A DNA stretch of 64,000 nucleotides from Candidatus Eremiobacteria bacterium (lineage in GTDB: Bacteria > Vulcanimicrobiota > Vulcanimicrobiia > Vulcanimicrobiales > Vulcanimicrobiaceae): the NCBI GenBank assembly GCA_963758295.1, contig CAVWUU010000006.1:32001-96000 (forward strand), in the 5' to 3' direction. The position numbers were made by a program, and so were the translations under genes. Below the pieces are notes generated by a model. That model saw nothing but the letters and a program-made list of their open reading frames with translations, was not told where the DNA came from and did not search any database. Shown one piece after another: positions 52,328 through 61,809 of this stretch (position 1 is the first letter of the stretch; every line of letters begins with the position of its first letter).

Positions 52328-52413
52328 ATTTTCAGAAATAATTTATGCCTTTTCCGTAAAGTTGTCGTACGTTACAACCGTGGAGGAAAATCCAAAAGGA
52401 AAAGGATCTCCAA

Positions 52414-52755
52414 ATGCATCCACTCGCGTTGTCCCTGATTCTTTCGTCCACTTCAACTGTCGCGGTTTCCGCGGAAAACTGTACGCAACCGAATGTTGCC
52501 GCCTCGGTGACCGACGTGCTCTTTAGCGGTGTTCCCAGCATCGCGTCGTCCGCAGGCGAGCACGGCATCACGCAACTACGGGTAACGCTCTCTGCGAGTC
52601 CCGGGTTGCCGCAACGCGTGCTCGTCGAACGGTCGAGCGGATTCCTTGCCCTCGATAGTTTGGCCATGCAACTTGCGCGAAAGACGATGTTCCAGCCTGA
52701 AGTTCAAGGCTGCACCGCCATTGCGGGCGAGTATTTCTACGAAGTGGAGAATTGA
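52414..52755 (+). CDS. Small secreted stand-alone TonB_C-like domain protein
   Basis: AAGGA SD; signal-like N-terminus; VLVERSSGFLALDSLAMQLARKTMFQPE. Confidence 0.7.
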   Translation: MHPLALSLILSSTSTVAVSAENCTQPNVAASVTDVLFSGVPSIASSAGEHGITQLRVTLSASPGLPQRVLVERSSGFLALDSLAMQLARKTMFQPEVQGCTAIAGEYFYEVEN

Positions 52756-52769
52756 CGCCGTCGCGTACG

Positions 52770-53246
52770 CTACGTACTGAACTGGCCGATCGTTACCGGC
52801 GAGCAAAAGCCGGTGTTGTTTTCGAGCAGAACCTGGAAAGTTTGGCCGGCGGGAAGCGTCGGTACCGATCCTGAGTAGTAGTAGTCCGATGGGAACGGAT
52901 GCGGTCCGTTCGCATCGGAAACGAGGCCGAGCTGGCCGCTCGTGATCGTGTTGCCGAAGCTTCCTTGCAAGACCAAATTCCAGCTGTTGTACGTATTGTA
53001 GAGTGAGTTCGAGCTGCCGTCGGCGACGATCGTAATGGCGCCGATGTTCGTTGGAACTCCGCTTGCATACGTCGATGGATTGGCAAGCTGGACGTTCGTG
53101 CCGGGCGCACATTGGCTGCCGTAGCCGTTGCCGTTTGGATTGGGGTTAAACGGATTCGACGAACCGCCGCCGCATGCGCTTACGGCTATTGAGAGTCCGG
53201 CTGCCGCAGCTAGATGCAAAGCCGATTTGAGAAGAGTCGATCGCAT
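52770..53246 (-). CDS. Small lipoprotein, unknown function
   Basis: AAGGAGG upstream; AVSAC-GGG lipobox-type motif; one Cys pair. Confidence 0.75.
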   Translation of the reverse strand: MRSTLLKSALHLAAAAGLSIAVSACGGGSSNPFNPNPNGNGYGSQCAPGTNVQLANPSTYASGVPTNIGAITIVADGSSNSLYNTYNSWNLVLQGSFGNTITSGQLGLVSDANGPHPFPSDYYYSGSVPTLPAGQTFQVLLENNTGFCSPVTIGQFST

Positions 53247-53322
53247 GGTCGTTGTGAGTGCCTCCTTGACTCCTCAACGTAACGGCAGCGCGAAAAAGTG
53301 CGCATGGTTTAGCGCTTCGCCG

Positions 53323-54381
53323 CTAAACCTGGGACGTTGCTGTGTGCTCGATGACATCGGCGAATTCATCGACGTCGCTTTCGCGCGTTGCCCAGTGCGT
53401 CATCCAGCGCACTTCGGGAAGCCGCTCGTCGAAGAGATAGAAGAAGAATCGCTCTTGGATCTTCTCGATTGCTCGCCGGTCCAGCGTTGCGAAGATCGCA
53501 TTGCAGCGAACGGTATTTGTGACACGAATGCTAGGAATCGCTTGAATGCGCGAAAGCAAACGTGCGGTCATCGCGTTGGCATGGGTAGCATACCGAAGCC
53601 AAACATCGTCCGTTAACAGCGCTTCGAATTGCGCCGCGATGTAGCGCATTTTGGATGCCAGCTGCATTGCTTGCTTGCGCGCATACGGGGCCGCGATCGC
53701 GCCGAGCTCCGGATCGAAGAAGCAAATTGCTTCGCCCGCCATCATGCCGTTTTTCGTTCCGCCGAAAGACAGCATGTCGACGCCCACATCTTTCGTCAAC
53801 TGTTTCGGCGTAAGGCTCAACGCCGCGCACGCGTTCGCTATCCGGGCGCCGTCGACGTGCACAAGCAACCCTTGGCGGTGTGCGAAGTCGCACATCTCCC
53901 GCAATTCGTCCAGCGCGTAGACGTCGCCGTATTCGGTGGATTGCGAGATCGAGACGACGCGCGGCTGGGAATGGTGCTCGTCGTGCCCACCGTGTAAATG
54001 CGCATCGAGCGCTTCGATGGTCAATTTTCCGTCAGCGGTTGCAATGGGAATCACCTTCGAGCCGGTGAAACGCTCGAATGCGCCGCATTCATCGGTCTGT
54101 AAATGAGCCGTGTCCGGACAGAGCACCGCTTCCCATGGCCGCACGACGCAGCTGAGTGCCGTAACGTTAGCGCCGGTTCCGTTGAACGTAAAGAAGACTT
54201 CCGTGTCCTTCCCGAACTGTTCCCGAAAGCGGTCCACGGCGCGCTCCGTGAACGGGTCGCGACCATAGCCGACAGCGTCGCCGGCGTTCGCGTCGATGAT
54301 GGCTTGCATGATTTCGGGCGCTACCGGGGCGTTATTGTCGCTTGCAAAACTGCGAAAAGCAGCGGCGGACTCGGTTTTCAT
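53323..54381 (-). CDS. ltaE: Low-specificity L-threonine aldolase family
   Basis: FASDN, GTGAN, HLQTDECGA, SQSTEYG, HVDGAR, SFGGTKNG, SKMRY. Confidence 0.88.
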   Translation of the reverse strand: MKTESAAAFRSFASDNNAPVAPEIMQAIIDANAGDAVGYGRDPFTERAVDRFREQFGKDTEVFFTFNGTGANVTALSCVVRPWEAVLCPDTAHLQTDECGAFERFTGSKVIPIATADGKLTIEALDAHLHGGHDEHHSQPRVVSISQSTEYGDVYALDELREMCDFAHRQGLLVHVDGARIANACAALSLTPKQLTKDVGVDMLSFGGTKNGMMAGEAICFFDPELGAIAAPYARKQAMQLASKMRYIAAQFEALLTDDVWLRYATHANAMTARLLSRIQAIPSIRVTNTVRCNAIFATLDRRAIEKIQERFFFYLFDERLPEVRWMTHWATRESDVDEFADVIEHTATSQV

Positions 54382-54394
54382 GGAAGGGGTGTTT

Positions 54395-55120
54395 ATGCCG
54401 CAAGAGCTTGCTACCTACCGGGAATTGGCGATGCGCTGGAAGGCGTTACGCGCAGACGGCAATTTTCGCGTGCGCGAAGTGGCATGTGTCGGCGCGGCGC
54501 GGACGTTGCTGTGCGTTGAAAGCGGTGAGCCGGAACAACCGGTGGTAACCCTTTCGGCAGGCATACACGGTGACGAACGGTCCGGGCCGGCTGCGTTGTT
54601 GTGGCTCGCCGAGCGCGCATTGCTTGACGAACGCTTCGCGTACCGGCTGTGGCCGTGCATTAATCCCACCGGCTACGATGCAGCCACGCGCGAATCGACT
54701 GACGGCATCGACATCAATCGCACCTTCGGCCGCGGCGGCAGTTCACCGGAATCCAAAGCCGTGATCATGGCCAATCGCGATTTCAAGTTTGTGCTCGCGA
54801 TGGATCTCCACGAAGACGGCGATGTAGAAGACTTGTACTTTTACGCGTATGGGTCGCGCACCGTCGCGGAAGCGTTGCAGGCGGAATTGCGATGCCTCTG
54901 TCTTGTGCCCGATGCGATCGCAGAGATAGAAGAGCTGGGCGGTCTCTCTTACTCGCTGCTCCTGCAGCGCAATGCCGCGCGACAAGTGTATACGTTCGAA
55001 GCTCCCGGCAGACGCGATATTTCTTTGCGAATCGAGATGCACGTGACGGCAGTGAGTGCAGCGCTCGCGTCGCTGGATTGTCAAGCCGGCGCTTCAGATT
55101 CTCAGACTACTCGCAAATGA
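54395..55120 (+). CDS. M14-like metallocarboxypeptidase (succinylglutamate desuccinylase/aspartoacylase family)
   Basis: AGIHGDE, PCINPTG, DINRTF, DLHED, TFE; start uncertain. Confidence 0.8.
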   Translation: MPQELATYRELAMRWKALRADGNFRVREVACVGAARTLLCVESGEPEQPVVTLSAGIHGDERSGPAALLWLAERALLDERFAYRLWPCINPTGYDAATRESTDGIDINRTFGRGGSSPESKAVIMANRDFKFVLAMDLHEDGDVEDLYFYAYGSRTVAEALQAELRCLCLVPDAIAEIEELGGLSYSLLLQRNAARQVYTFEAPGRRDISLRIEMHVTAVSAALASLDCQAGASDSQTTRK

Positions 55121-55150
55121 TCATTTCAAGGTAACTCGAAACCCCCGCGC

Positions 55151-56806
55151 ATGGCACAGCGCGATCAACTGGAAGTCGACGTTCTCTTCGTCGGCGCGGG
55201 CCCGGCAAGTTTGGCGGGCGCGATTCGCCTCGGACAATTGGCCAAAGAGGCGGGCAAAGAGCTCGAAATCCTAGTCATCGAAAAAGCCGCGGAGATCGGC
55301 AACCATGGCCTTTCGGGCCTGGTCCTGGACCCGCGCGCAATCAACGAGCTGATTCCGGACTGGCAAGAACTCGGTGGCCCCGTGGAAGCCCCGGTCGGTC
55401 GCGACGAAATGTGGTTCCTCACGGCGGGCGGTAAAATCAAAGCGCCGTTCACGCCTCCTCCGCTAAACAACCACGGCAAGTTCGTGTCGTCGTTGCAGAA
55501 GCTGACGAAGTGGATGGCCTCGCAGGCGGAAGACCTCGGCATCCAAGTTTTCGGCGAATTCCCGGGACAAGAGTTGCTGTGGGAAGGCGATCGCGTCATC
55601 GGCGTGCGCACCGGCGACAAGGGCGTCGATCACAACGGCAATCCGAAAGCCAATTACGAACCGGGCGCGGATTTGCTAGCCAAGATCGTGATTCTTGGCG
55701 AAGGGCCGCGCGGCACGCTTGCAAAGCAGGCGATTCCGCGATTGAACCTGGATGCCGGAAAAGAACCGCAAGTCTATGCGGCCGGCGTCAAAGAGTTGTG
55801 GCAGCTTCCCGACGACCGTTTCGCCGCCGGGAGCGTCGTCCACACGCTGGGCTATCCGCTTCCGGCAGAAACCTTTGGCGGCGGCTTCATGTACGGCATG
55901 GCCAACAACATCTTGGACATCGGCCACGTTACGGGACTGGACTATAAGAACCCGACGACGGATCCGCACAACGAGCTGCAGCGCATGAAGCAGCATCCGG
56001 TGATTGCGAAGCTGCTCGAAGGCGGCAAAATGATTCGCTACGGCGCGAAAGCAATTCCGGAAGGCGGCTTTTTTGCGATGCCGCGTCCGTACGCCGACGG
56101 CATGATGATCGTCGGGGATTCCGCCGGCTTTCTCAATGGCATGCGTCTCAAAGGCGTGCATCTCGCAATGAAGTCCGGCATGATGGCCGCGGAAACCGCG
56201 TGGGAAGCGCTGAAAGTCGAAAAATTCGACAGCGAACAGCTCGCGTCGTTCGAAGAGCGCTTCCGCTACTCGTGGGCATACGACGAGATGCGAAGCTCCC
56301 GCAACTTTCACCAAGGGTTCGAACACGGGATGTTCGCCGGTGTGTTCAACGCCGGACTTTCCACGTTCACCGGCGGCAAAGCGTTCGGCTTCAAGGATAA
56401 GCTTTCGTCGAAACCCGGATACGAGCGTATGGAGCGTGCGGGGTATCGTCCCAAAGAAACGCCCCGAGCGAAAATCGACAACGTGCTGACGTTCGATAAA
56501 CTTACCGACGTCTACAACTCCGGAACGATTCACGAAGAAGATCAACCCTGCCATCTGAAAGTTGCCGACACCAATGTGTGTCGAGACCGCTGCACGGTCG
56601 AGTACGGAAATCCGTGCGCCTACTTCTGTCCGGCGAAAGTCTACGAACCGCTATTCGAAAAGAAAAACGGCGAAGTAGAAGGCCGGCTACAAATCAACTT
56701 CACGAACTGCGTGCACTGTAAGACGTGCGATATTGCCGATCCGTATCAAATTATTACGTGGGTGCCCCCGCAGGGAGGTGAAGGGCCGGTCTATACCGGG
56801 ATGTGA
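55151..56806 (+). CDS. Electron transfer flavoprotein-quinone oxidoreductase
   Basis: VGAGPA FAD motif, GVKELW, YGAKAIPEGG, KGVHLAMKSG, FCPAKVY and NCVHCKTCDI 4Fe-4S motif, GPVY. Confidence 0.93.
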   Translation: MAQRDQLEVDVLFVGAGPASLAGAIRLGQLAKEAGKELEILVIEKAAEIGNHGLSGLVLDPRAINELIPDWQELGGPVEAPVGRDEMWFLTAGGKIKAPFTPPPLNNHGKFVSSLQKLTKWMASQAEDLGIQVFGEFPGQELLWEGDRVIGVRTGDKGVDHNGNPKANYEPGADLLAKIVILGEGPRGTLAKQAIPRLNLDAGKEPQVYAAGVKELWQLPDDRFAAGSVVHTLGYPLPAETFGGGFMYGMANNILDIGHVTGLDYKNPTTDPHNELQRMKQHPVIAKLLEGGKMIRYGAKAIPEGGFFAMPRPYADGMMIVGDSAGFLNGMRLKGVHLAMKSGMMAAETAWEALKVEKFDSEQLASFEERFRYSWAYDEMRSSRNFHQGFEHGMFAGVFNAGLSTFTGGKAFGFKDKLSSKPGYERMERAGYRPKETPRAKIDNVLTFDKLTDVYNSGTIHEEDQPCHLKVADTNVCRDRCTVEYGNPCAYFCPAKVYEPLFEKKNGEVEGRLQINFTNCVHCKTCDIADPYQIITWVPPQGGEGPVYTGM

Positions 56807-56810
56807 GGGC

Positions 56811-56828
56811 GGCGCTACGCGCCTTTTT
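56811..56828 (+). terminator. Weak candidate terminator after ETF-QO
   Basis: GGCGC-tac-GCGCC followed by TTTTT. Confidence 0.4.
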
Positions 56829-56905
56829 CGGGTCAACAAGTTTTGAAGCCGGACGAAGATGTTTGGCGGAACGTGGGGCGTCTGGCAAACGGATACAATG
56901 AGAGG

Positions 56906-58006
56906 GTGAGAGATTCGGGCGGGGATGTTGCGATCGTAGGGGCTGGGCTCATAGGGCTGGCGATAGCGTTTGAGTTGGCGAACAGAGGGGCGCAAGTTAG
57001 GGTTTACGATCGTGCCGAGCCCGGGAGGCAGGCGTCGTGGGCTGGGGCGGGGATGTTGGCGCCCTATACGGAGAGAGTCGAGAACGAAGAGCTGCTAGCG
57101 TTGTGCGCGTCATCGTTGGAAATGTATCCCCAATTCGTGGAGCGCGTGCGTGAAGCCAGTGGAGTGGATCCGCATTTACGGTTGGATGGAATAGTGAATG
57201 CGGCGTTCGATGACGAGCAAATGATGAAGCTGCGCGCGCATTGGGAAGAGTTGCACGAGCGTGGCGTTGGGTGCGAAGTGCTCGATCGGGGGCAGACGCT
57301 CGGGATAGAACCGGTGCTTGGGAAGCATGTCGTTGGAGCGTTGCTCGTTGAAGGCGAAGGGTACGTGGATAACCGGCGGTTGGGCCGCGCGTTGATTGCA
57401 GCGTGTGAGGAGCGCGGTGTGACCATCGTGCGCGATGCAAAAGATGTTGCGTTGGAATGTGACGAGCGGCGCGTGCGCGGCATTCGCAGCCATCGAGGAT
57501 TTACGGCGGCGTCGTATGTCGTTAATGCAGCGGGTGCGTGGGCGGCACAAGTGCCCGGCATGCCGGGCGGCGCGGTGCCGGAAGTCGAACCCGTCAAAGG
57601 ACAGATGCTCGCGTTGGCGGTTCCCGTTGGAATGGTCCGGCGCACGACGTGGGTGCCCGGAGCATACTTGGTGCCGCGCGATGACGGTAGACTGCTGGTC
57701 GGTGCGACCGTCGAACACGAAGGATTCGATCAACGCGTTACGGCGCGCGGCGTCGAGACGCTGTTGCGGGCTGCGCTTGCCGCGGCGCCGGCGCTCGGCG
57801 GCTTTGCTTTAACGGAAACATGGGCGGGATTGCGACCCGGCACGAAAGGTCGGATGCCCTATATTGGTGCGACTTCGGTCGAAGGTTTATTGCTCGCGAC
57901 GGGGCATTACCGGAACGGCATCTTGCTGACGCCTGCAACCGCCCGTGCGATTGCCGACGTCGTCGAAGGCGCGCCCGGTGCGGCGCCTCGAATGACGAAA
58001 GCGTGA
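56906..58006 (+). CDS. thiO: Glycine oxidase ThiO
   Basis: IVGAGLIG, ASWAGAGML, PVKGQ, YLVPR, WAGLRP, GHYRNGILL; upstream of thiS-thiG. Confidence 0.92.
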   Translation: MRDSGGDVAIVGAGLIGLAIAFELANRGAQVRVYDRAEPGRQASWAGAGMLAPYTERVENEELLALCASSLEMYPQFVERVREASGVDPHLRLDGIVNAAFDDEQMMKLRAHWEELHERGVGCEVLDRGQTLGIEPVLGKHVVGALLVEGEGYVDNRRLGRALIAACEERGVTIVRDAKDVALECDERRVRGIRSHRGFTAASYVVNAAGAWAAQVPGMPGGAVPEVEPVKGQMLALAVPVGMVRRTTWVPGAYLVPRDDGRLLVGATVEHEGFDQRVTARGVETLLRAALAAAPALGGFALTETWAGLRPGTKGRMPYIGATSVEGLLLATGHYRNGILLTPATARAIADVVEGAPGAAPRMTKA

Positions 58007-58203
58007 AAACAACGGTCAACGGCAAAACGCAAGAACTGCCCGACGGGACAACCGTCGCGGCTTTGCTCGAGCTTTTGGGCGCGCCTAGAGCGGGAATCGC
58101 GGTGGCGCGAAACGATCGCGTCGTTCGCCGTGCCGACTACGAGGCGCATGCGCTCGTCGACGGCGACAAAATCGAAATCATCAAAGCAGTAGCAGGCGGT
58201 TAA
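58003..58203 (+). CDS. thiS: Sulfur carrier protein ThiS
   Basis: 66 aa; VNG, AVARN, GDKIEII and C-terminal GG. Confidence 0.93.
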   Translation: MKTTVNGKTQELPDGTTVAALLELLGAPRAGIAVARNDRVVRRADYEAHALVDGDKIEIIKAVAGG

Positions 58204-58208
58204 TCCTT

Positions 58209-58997
58209 ATGCAAGACGTTCTGAAAATCGGTACGTACGAGTTCTCCTCGCGGCTCATTGTCGGGACCGGCAAGTATCCGTCGATGGAAGTGATGCAAGC
58301 GGCACACGAAGCGAGCGGCGCCGACATGGTCACCGTCGCGATACGCCGCATCAACCTCGACGATCCAACCGGCAAGACGATGCTCGATTACATCGACCGC
58401 TCGAAGATGCGAATTCTGCCTAATACGGCCGGCTGCTACAACGCCAAAGATGCGATTCTCACGGCACAGCTCGCGCGTGAGTTGCTGGAAACCGATCTGA
58501 TCAAGCTGGAAGTCATCGGCGATCCGGATACCTTGCATCCGGATTCTGCGGAAACGTTGAAAGCGGCTGAAGCGCTCGTCGCGGACGGATTTACGGTGTT
58601 GCCGTATATCGGTGACGATCCCGTGGTGTGCAAACAGTTGGAAGAAGCCGGCTGCGTCGTCGTGATGCCGCTGGCCGCGCCGATCGGCAGCGGACTGGGT
58701 GTATGCAATCCTTATACGATTCGCATCATCAAAGAGCGTGCGCGCGTTCCGGTGATCGTGGATGCGGGCGTCGGAACGGCTTCGGATGCGGCAATCGCCA
58801 TGGAGCTCGGCGTCGACGCGCTCTTGATGAATACCGGCATTGCCGCCGCCAAAGATCCCGTGCTGATGGCGCACGCAATGAAAAACGCCGTGGTTGCCGG
58901 CCGTCAGGCGTTTCTCGCGGGCCGTATGGAGAAACGGCTTTATGCAAATGCGTCGAGTCCGATGCGCGACTTGATTGGAACCAACGCGCAGCGATGA
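58209..58997 (+). CDS. thiG: Thiazole synthase
   Basis: [46 protein letters not shown]. Confidence 0.95.
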   Translation: MQDVLKIGTYEFSSRLIVGTGKYPSMEVMQAAHEASGADMVTVAIRRINLDDPTGKTMLDYIDRSKMRILPNTAGCYNAKDAILTAQLARELLETDLIKLEVIGDPDTLHPDSAETLKAAEALVADGFTVLPYIGDDPVVCKQLEEAGCVVVMPLAAPIGSGLGVCNPYTIRIIKERARVPVIVDAGVGTASDAAIAMELGVDALLMNTGIAAAKDPVLMAHAMKNAVVAGRQAFLAGRMEKRLYANASSPMRDLIGTNAQR

Positions 58998-59314
58998 CCC
59001 GCGATATCGACGTTAATGAACTCGCGCGGTGGCGCAGCGAGGGAAAAGCCTTTATCTTGCTCGACGTTCGGGAGCCGGCCGAATTGACGGCTGCGTCGTT
59101 GCCTGACGCGTTGCATATTCCGATGCGGCAAGTGCCGCAACGCGTGGACGAACTGCCGAAAGACGAGCCGATCGCGGTGCTATGCCATCACGGCGGCCGC
59201 AGTGCGCAAGTCGCGAGCTTTCTCGCGGCGCGCGGGTTTAGCGACGTGGTGAACGTCGACGGCGGCATAGATGCCTATGCGCGCCAGATTGATGCGTCCG
59301 TTCCGCTCTACTAG
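58994..59314 (+). CDS. Single-domain rhodanese/sulfurtransferase
   Basis: [16 protein letters not shown] active-site loop, GGIDAY, VPLY; ATGA overlap with thiG. Confidence 0.88.
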   Translation: MTRDIDVNELARWRSEGKAFILLDVREPAELTAASLPDALHIPMRQVPQRVDELPKDEPIAVLCHHGGRSAQVASFLAARGFSDVVNVDGGIDAYARQIDASVPLY

Positions 59315-59871
59315 CGACGCGTCAATCGCGCAAACCAGTGTACGCTGCGTTCCAGCGGCATAGTCTCATGTGCCCACGCACCCGCTATTATGTCGACATC
59401 GCGTTCTTCGAGCGATTCGATGAACCAGTCGCGCTCGAGCAGTTTCCGTAAACGCACTTCATCGTAAAAGGTGTGCGCAACGCCCCGCTCGTCGCCGTTA
59501 TGCGGAGCGAACGTGTGCGTCTCGAGGCGGTCGCCTTTGCGGTATCGCGCGTCGCGAACCGATCCGAACGTGACGTAAAAGGGTGCGCCGGGCGCGAGCC
59601 GGCCGGCGATCCGCGCGAGGACCGCCGCAATGTCCGCCGCTGAGCCATGCAATAGCGCGTGTGTAGAAATCGCGGCTGCAACCGGTTCGGATTCTTCGTC
59701 GTCGAAATCGACGACCACATGGCCGGCGCGTTCGAGCGCCGCTCGATTGCGACCGCTGCCGCGGCCGACTTCCAAAACGGGCACACCGGGGCGCTCCCGC
59801 AGGCGTTCGATCAACTCGACGGCCAGCGGGTGCGGGGGGCGGAGCGGTGCTTGCTGCGAATCAGGCGACAT
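59311..59871 (-). CDS. SAM-dependent methyltransferase-like protein (shortened)
   Basis: VLEVGRGSGRN motif I-like; LAPGAPFYVTF; start uncertain. Confidence 0.6.
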   Translation of the reverse strand: MSPDSQQAPLRPPHPLAVELIERLRERPGVPVLEVGRGSGRNRAALERAGHVVVDFDDEESEPVAAAISTHALLHGSAADIAAVLARIAGRLAPGAPFYVTFGSVRDARYRKGDRLETHTFAPHNGDERGVAHTFYDEVRLRKLLERDWFIESLEERDVDIIAGAWAHETMPLERSVHWFARLTRR

Positions 59872-59873
59872 CT

Positions 59874-61808
59874 ATGGCGACCGAGACGCTCATTATCGTC
59901 GTCGGCGGCGACTACCTGGCGTACGAAATTTGCCGTGAGATTCTGAAGACGGCGGGCCAGCGCATCGTGCTCGTTTGGAAGCACGAAGACGAGCGCGCTC
60001 ATCGCCTTCTTGCGAGCGTCGTGGCGTCGCTGACGGAAGAATTTCCGGAGACCTTTTCATTCGTCAACGCCGATCCCGCCGACACCGCGACGTTGCGCCG
60101 GGCCGGCTTGCAAAGTGGCGATCGCGACGCGACCCATACCGACTACTGCCTCGTCGCGGTTTCGCAAGACGACCGGTTGAATCTGCGTGTCGCGTTATTG
60201 GCGCGCGATATCAACGAACGGGTGCGAGTGACGATCCGCCAGTTCAATCCCGTGCTCGGCCACAAGATCCAAGAAGGCCTTAAACATAACTGCACCGCCA
60301 TTTCGCCTGCCGCACACGCAGCGGCGACGTACGCGGCATCGGCGGTGGATCCGTCTTGTTTCTATGCGTTGCCGTTTCCGACGCTTGAGACCATGGTTAC
60401 CAAGGCCGTGCATCGCATCGACGTAACGCGCGATACGAGCGATGCGCAGCGGAACTCCGCGGGGCTTTTCGGGTTCTGCGAAAGGACGGCGCGAGACTTC
60501 GGCGTCGAGGGATCGACGATTGCCGAAGCCGAGGAGAAGCTGCACGCGCGAATCGTAGCGGTAGACGGCGTCGCTCCGTATCTGTGCCATGGCGATGAAG
60601 ATCACGCGGACGGTGACCTACTAGGTCGCACACTCGATGCCGGCTCGCGCGTCGTCGTCTTCGGGCCGATCGTGCACCTGAAGGAAACCTGGGCCGACGC
60701 TCCGCACCGCGTCCGCCGGTACAACTGGCGCGAGCGATGGACGGGCGCGCTAAGAAACGTGCGGATATCGATCCGCCGAACGGAGCCGATCCTTCGAACG
60801 CTTATTCTCGGGGCGTTCTTGCTGTACGCGCTCTTCGTCGCGTTTTTCGCCTGGAATTTGCACCTGAACATCGTGGCGTCGCTCTACTACGTAATGACGA
60901 CGATGACGACGGTTGGATACGGTGACATTTCGCCGTGTAAAAACTGCGCGAACCATCCGTTGACGGGCGCAGAAATAGCCGGCATGCTCGTCGCGATGCT
61001 CGTGATGTTCGTAGGGATCGTCGGGTTCGCGGTCTTTACGGCAACGATTACGTCCGCGTTGAACGCCGCGACCACGCGGCGATTGCAAGGCTTGAGGCGC
61101 ATCCATCGATCGGGCCACGTCATAGTTTGCGGCGCGGGAAACGTGGGCTCGCTGGTGATCGACTATTTACGCGAACTCGGCGAAGACGTCGTCGTGGTGG
61201 AACAGAATCCGGATGCTATTCTAATCGAGCTGGCCCGTGACCGGAAAGTCGATTTGCTGACGGGCGATGCAACGAACGACGAAACCATCGGGTACTGCAC
61301 GCCCGAACGCGCGAAAGCGTTGATCGGCGTTACGAACAGCGATACCGCGAACCTGGAGGTTGCGCTCGGCGCGCGTACGCGAACGAAAGAGCGCGGACAC
61401 GGCGTTTTTCACGTGGTTTTGCGCATCGACGATCTCGCGTTCGGCGCGTCGATCAAACGGCATTTCGGCATTGCTTCGTTCTCCACAACGGAATTGACGG
61501 CGCCCACGATTGCCGGTCTCGCGCGGTTCGAAAGCACGCGCGGCCGCTTCGATCTATTCGCCGATTCCGCCAACGCTCGCACGTTCCAGCTTGCCGAGCG
61601 CCTTCAAAATGCCGGGAACGCGCCGCCTCCGGCACCGCCCGAACGGCCGGGCTACAAGGTGCGTTGGATCCCGCTGTTCGTTTGGCGCGAGCAGCAGAAC
61701 GGCGGAGGAGTTGCGGTTCCCGTCCACAAGTTCGAACACGACGTCCGGCCGGGCGACCGTCTGTTGTTCATGGTCCCGCTCGACCAATTCAGTGAAGAGA
61801 AAGGCTAA
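59874..61808 (+). CDS. Potassium channel with N- and C-terminal RCK (TrkA-N) domains
   Basis: TMTTVGYGD selectivity filter between two TM helices; HVIVCGAGNVG and GDAT RCK domain; second RCK-like domain at the N-terminus (IIVVGG..DDRLNLRVAL). Confidence 0.88.
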   Translation: MATETLIIVVGGDYLAYEICREILKTAGQRIVLVWKHEDERAHRLLASVVASLTEEFPETFSFVNADPADTATLRRAGLQSGDRDATHTDYCLVAVSQDDRLNLRVALLARDINERVRVTIRQFNPVLGHKIQEGLKHNCTAISPAAHAAATYAASAVDPSCFYALPFPTLETMVTKAVHRIDVTRDTSDAQRNSAGLFGFCERTARDFGVEGSTIAEAEEKLHARIVAVDGVAPYLCHGDEDHADGDLLGRTLDAGSRVVVFGPIVHLKETWADAPHRVRRYNWRERWTGALRNVRISIRRTEPILRTLILGAFLLYALFVAFFAWNLHLNIVASLYYVMTTMTTVGYGDISPCKNCANHPLTGAEIAGMLVAMLVMFVGIVGFAVFTATITSALNAATTRRLQGLRRIHRSGHVIVCGAGNVGSLVIDYLRELGEDVVVVEQNPDAILIELARDRKVDLLTGDATNDETIGYCTPERAKALIGVTNSDTANLEVALGARTRTKERGHGVFHVVLRIDDLAFGASIKRHFGIASFSTTELTAPTIAGLARFESTRGRFDLFADSANARTFQLAERLQNAGNAPPPAPPERPGYKVRWIPLFVWREQQNGGGVAVPVHKFEHDVRPGDRLLFMVPLDQFSEEKG

Positions 61809-61809
61809 C

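Noticed and set aside
60934..60957. CKNCANH in the K+ channel as a c-type heme-binding site
   Set aside because: It is not CxxCH (the His is three residues after the second Cys); kept only as a CxxC observation.
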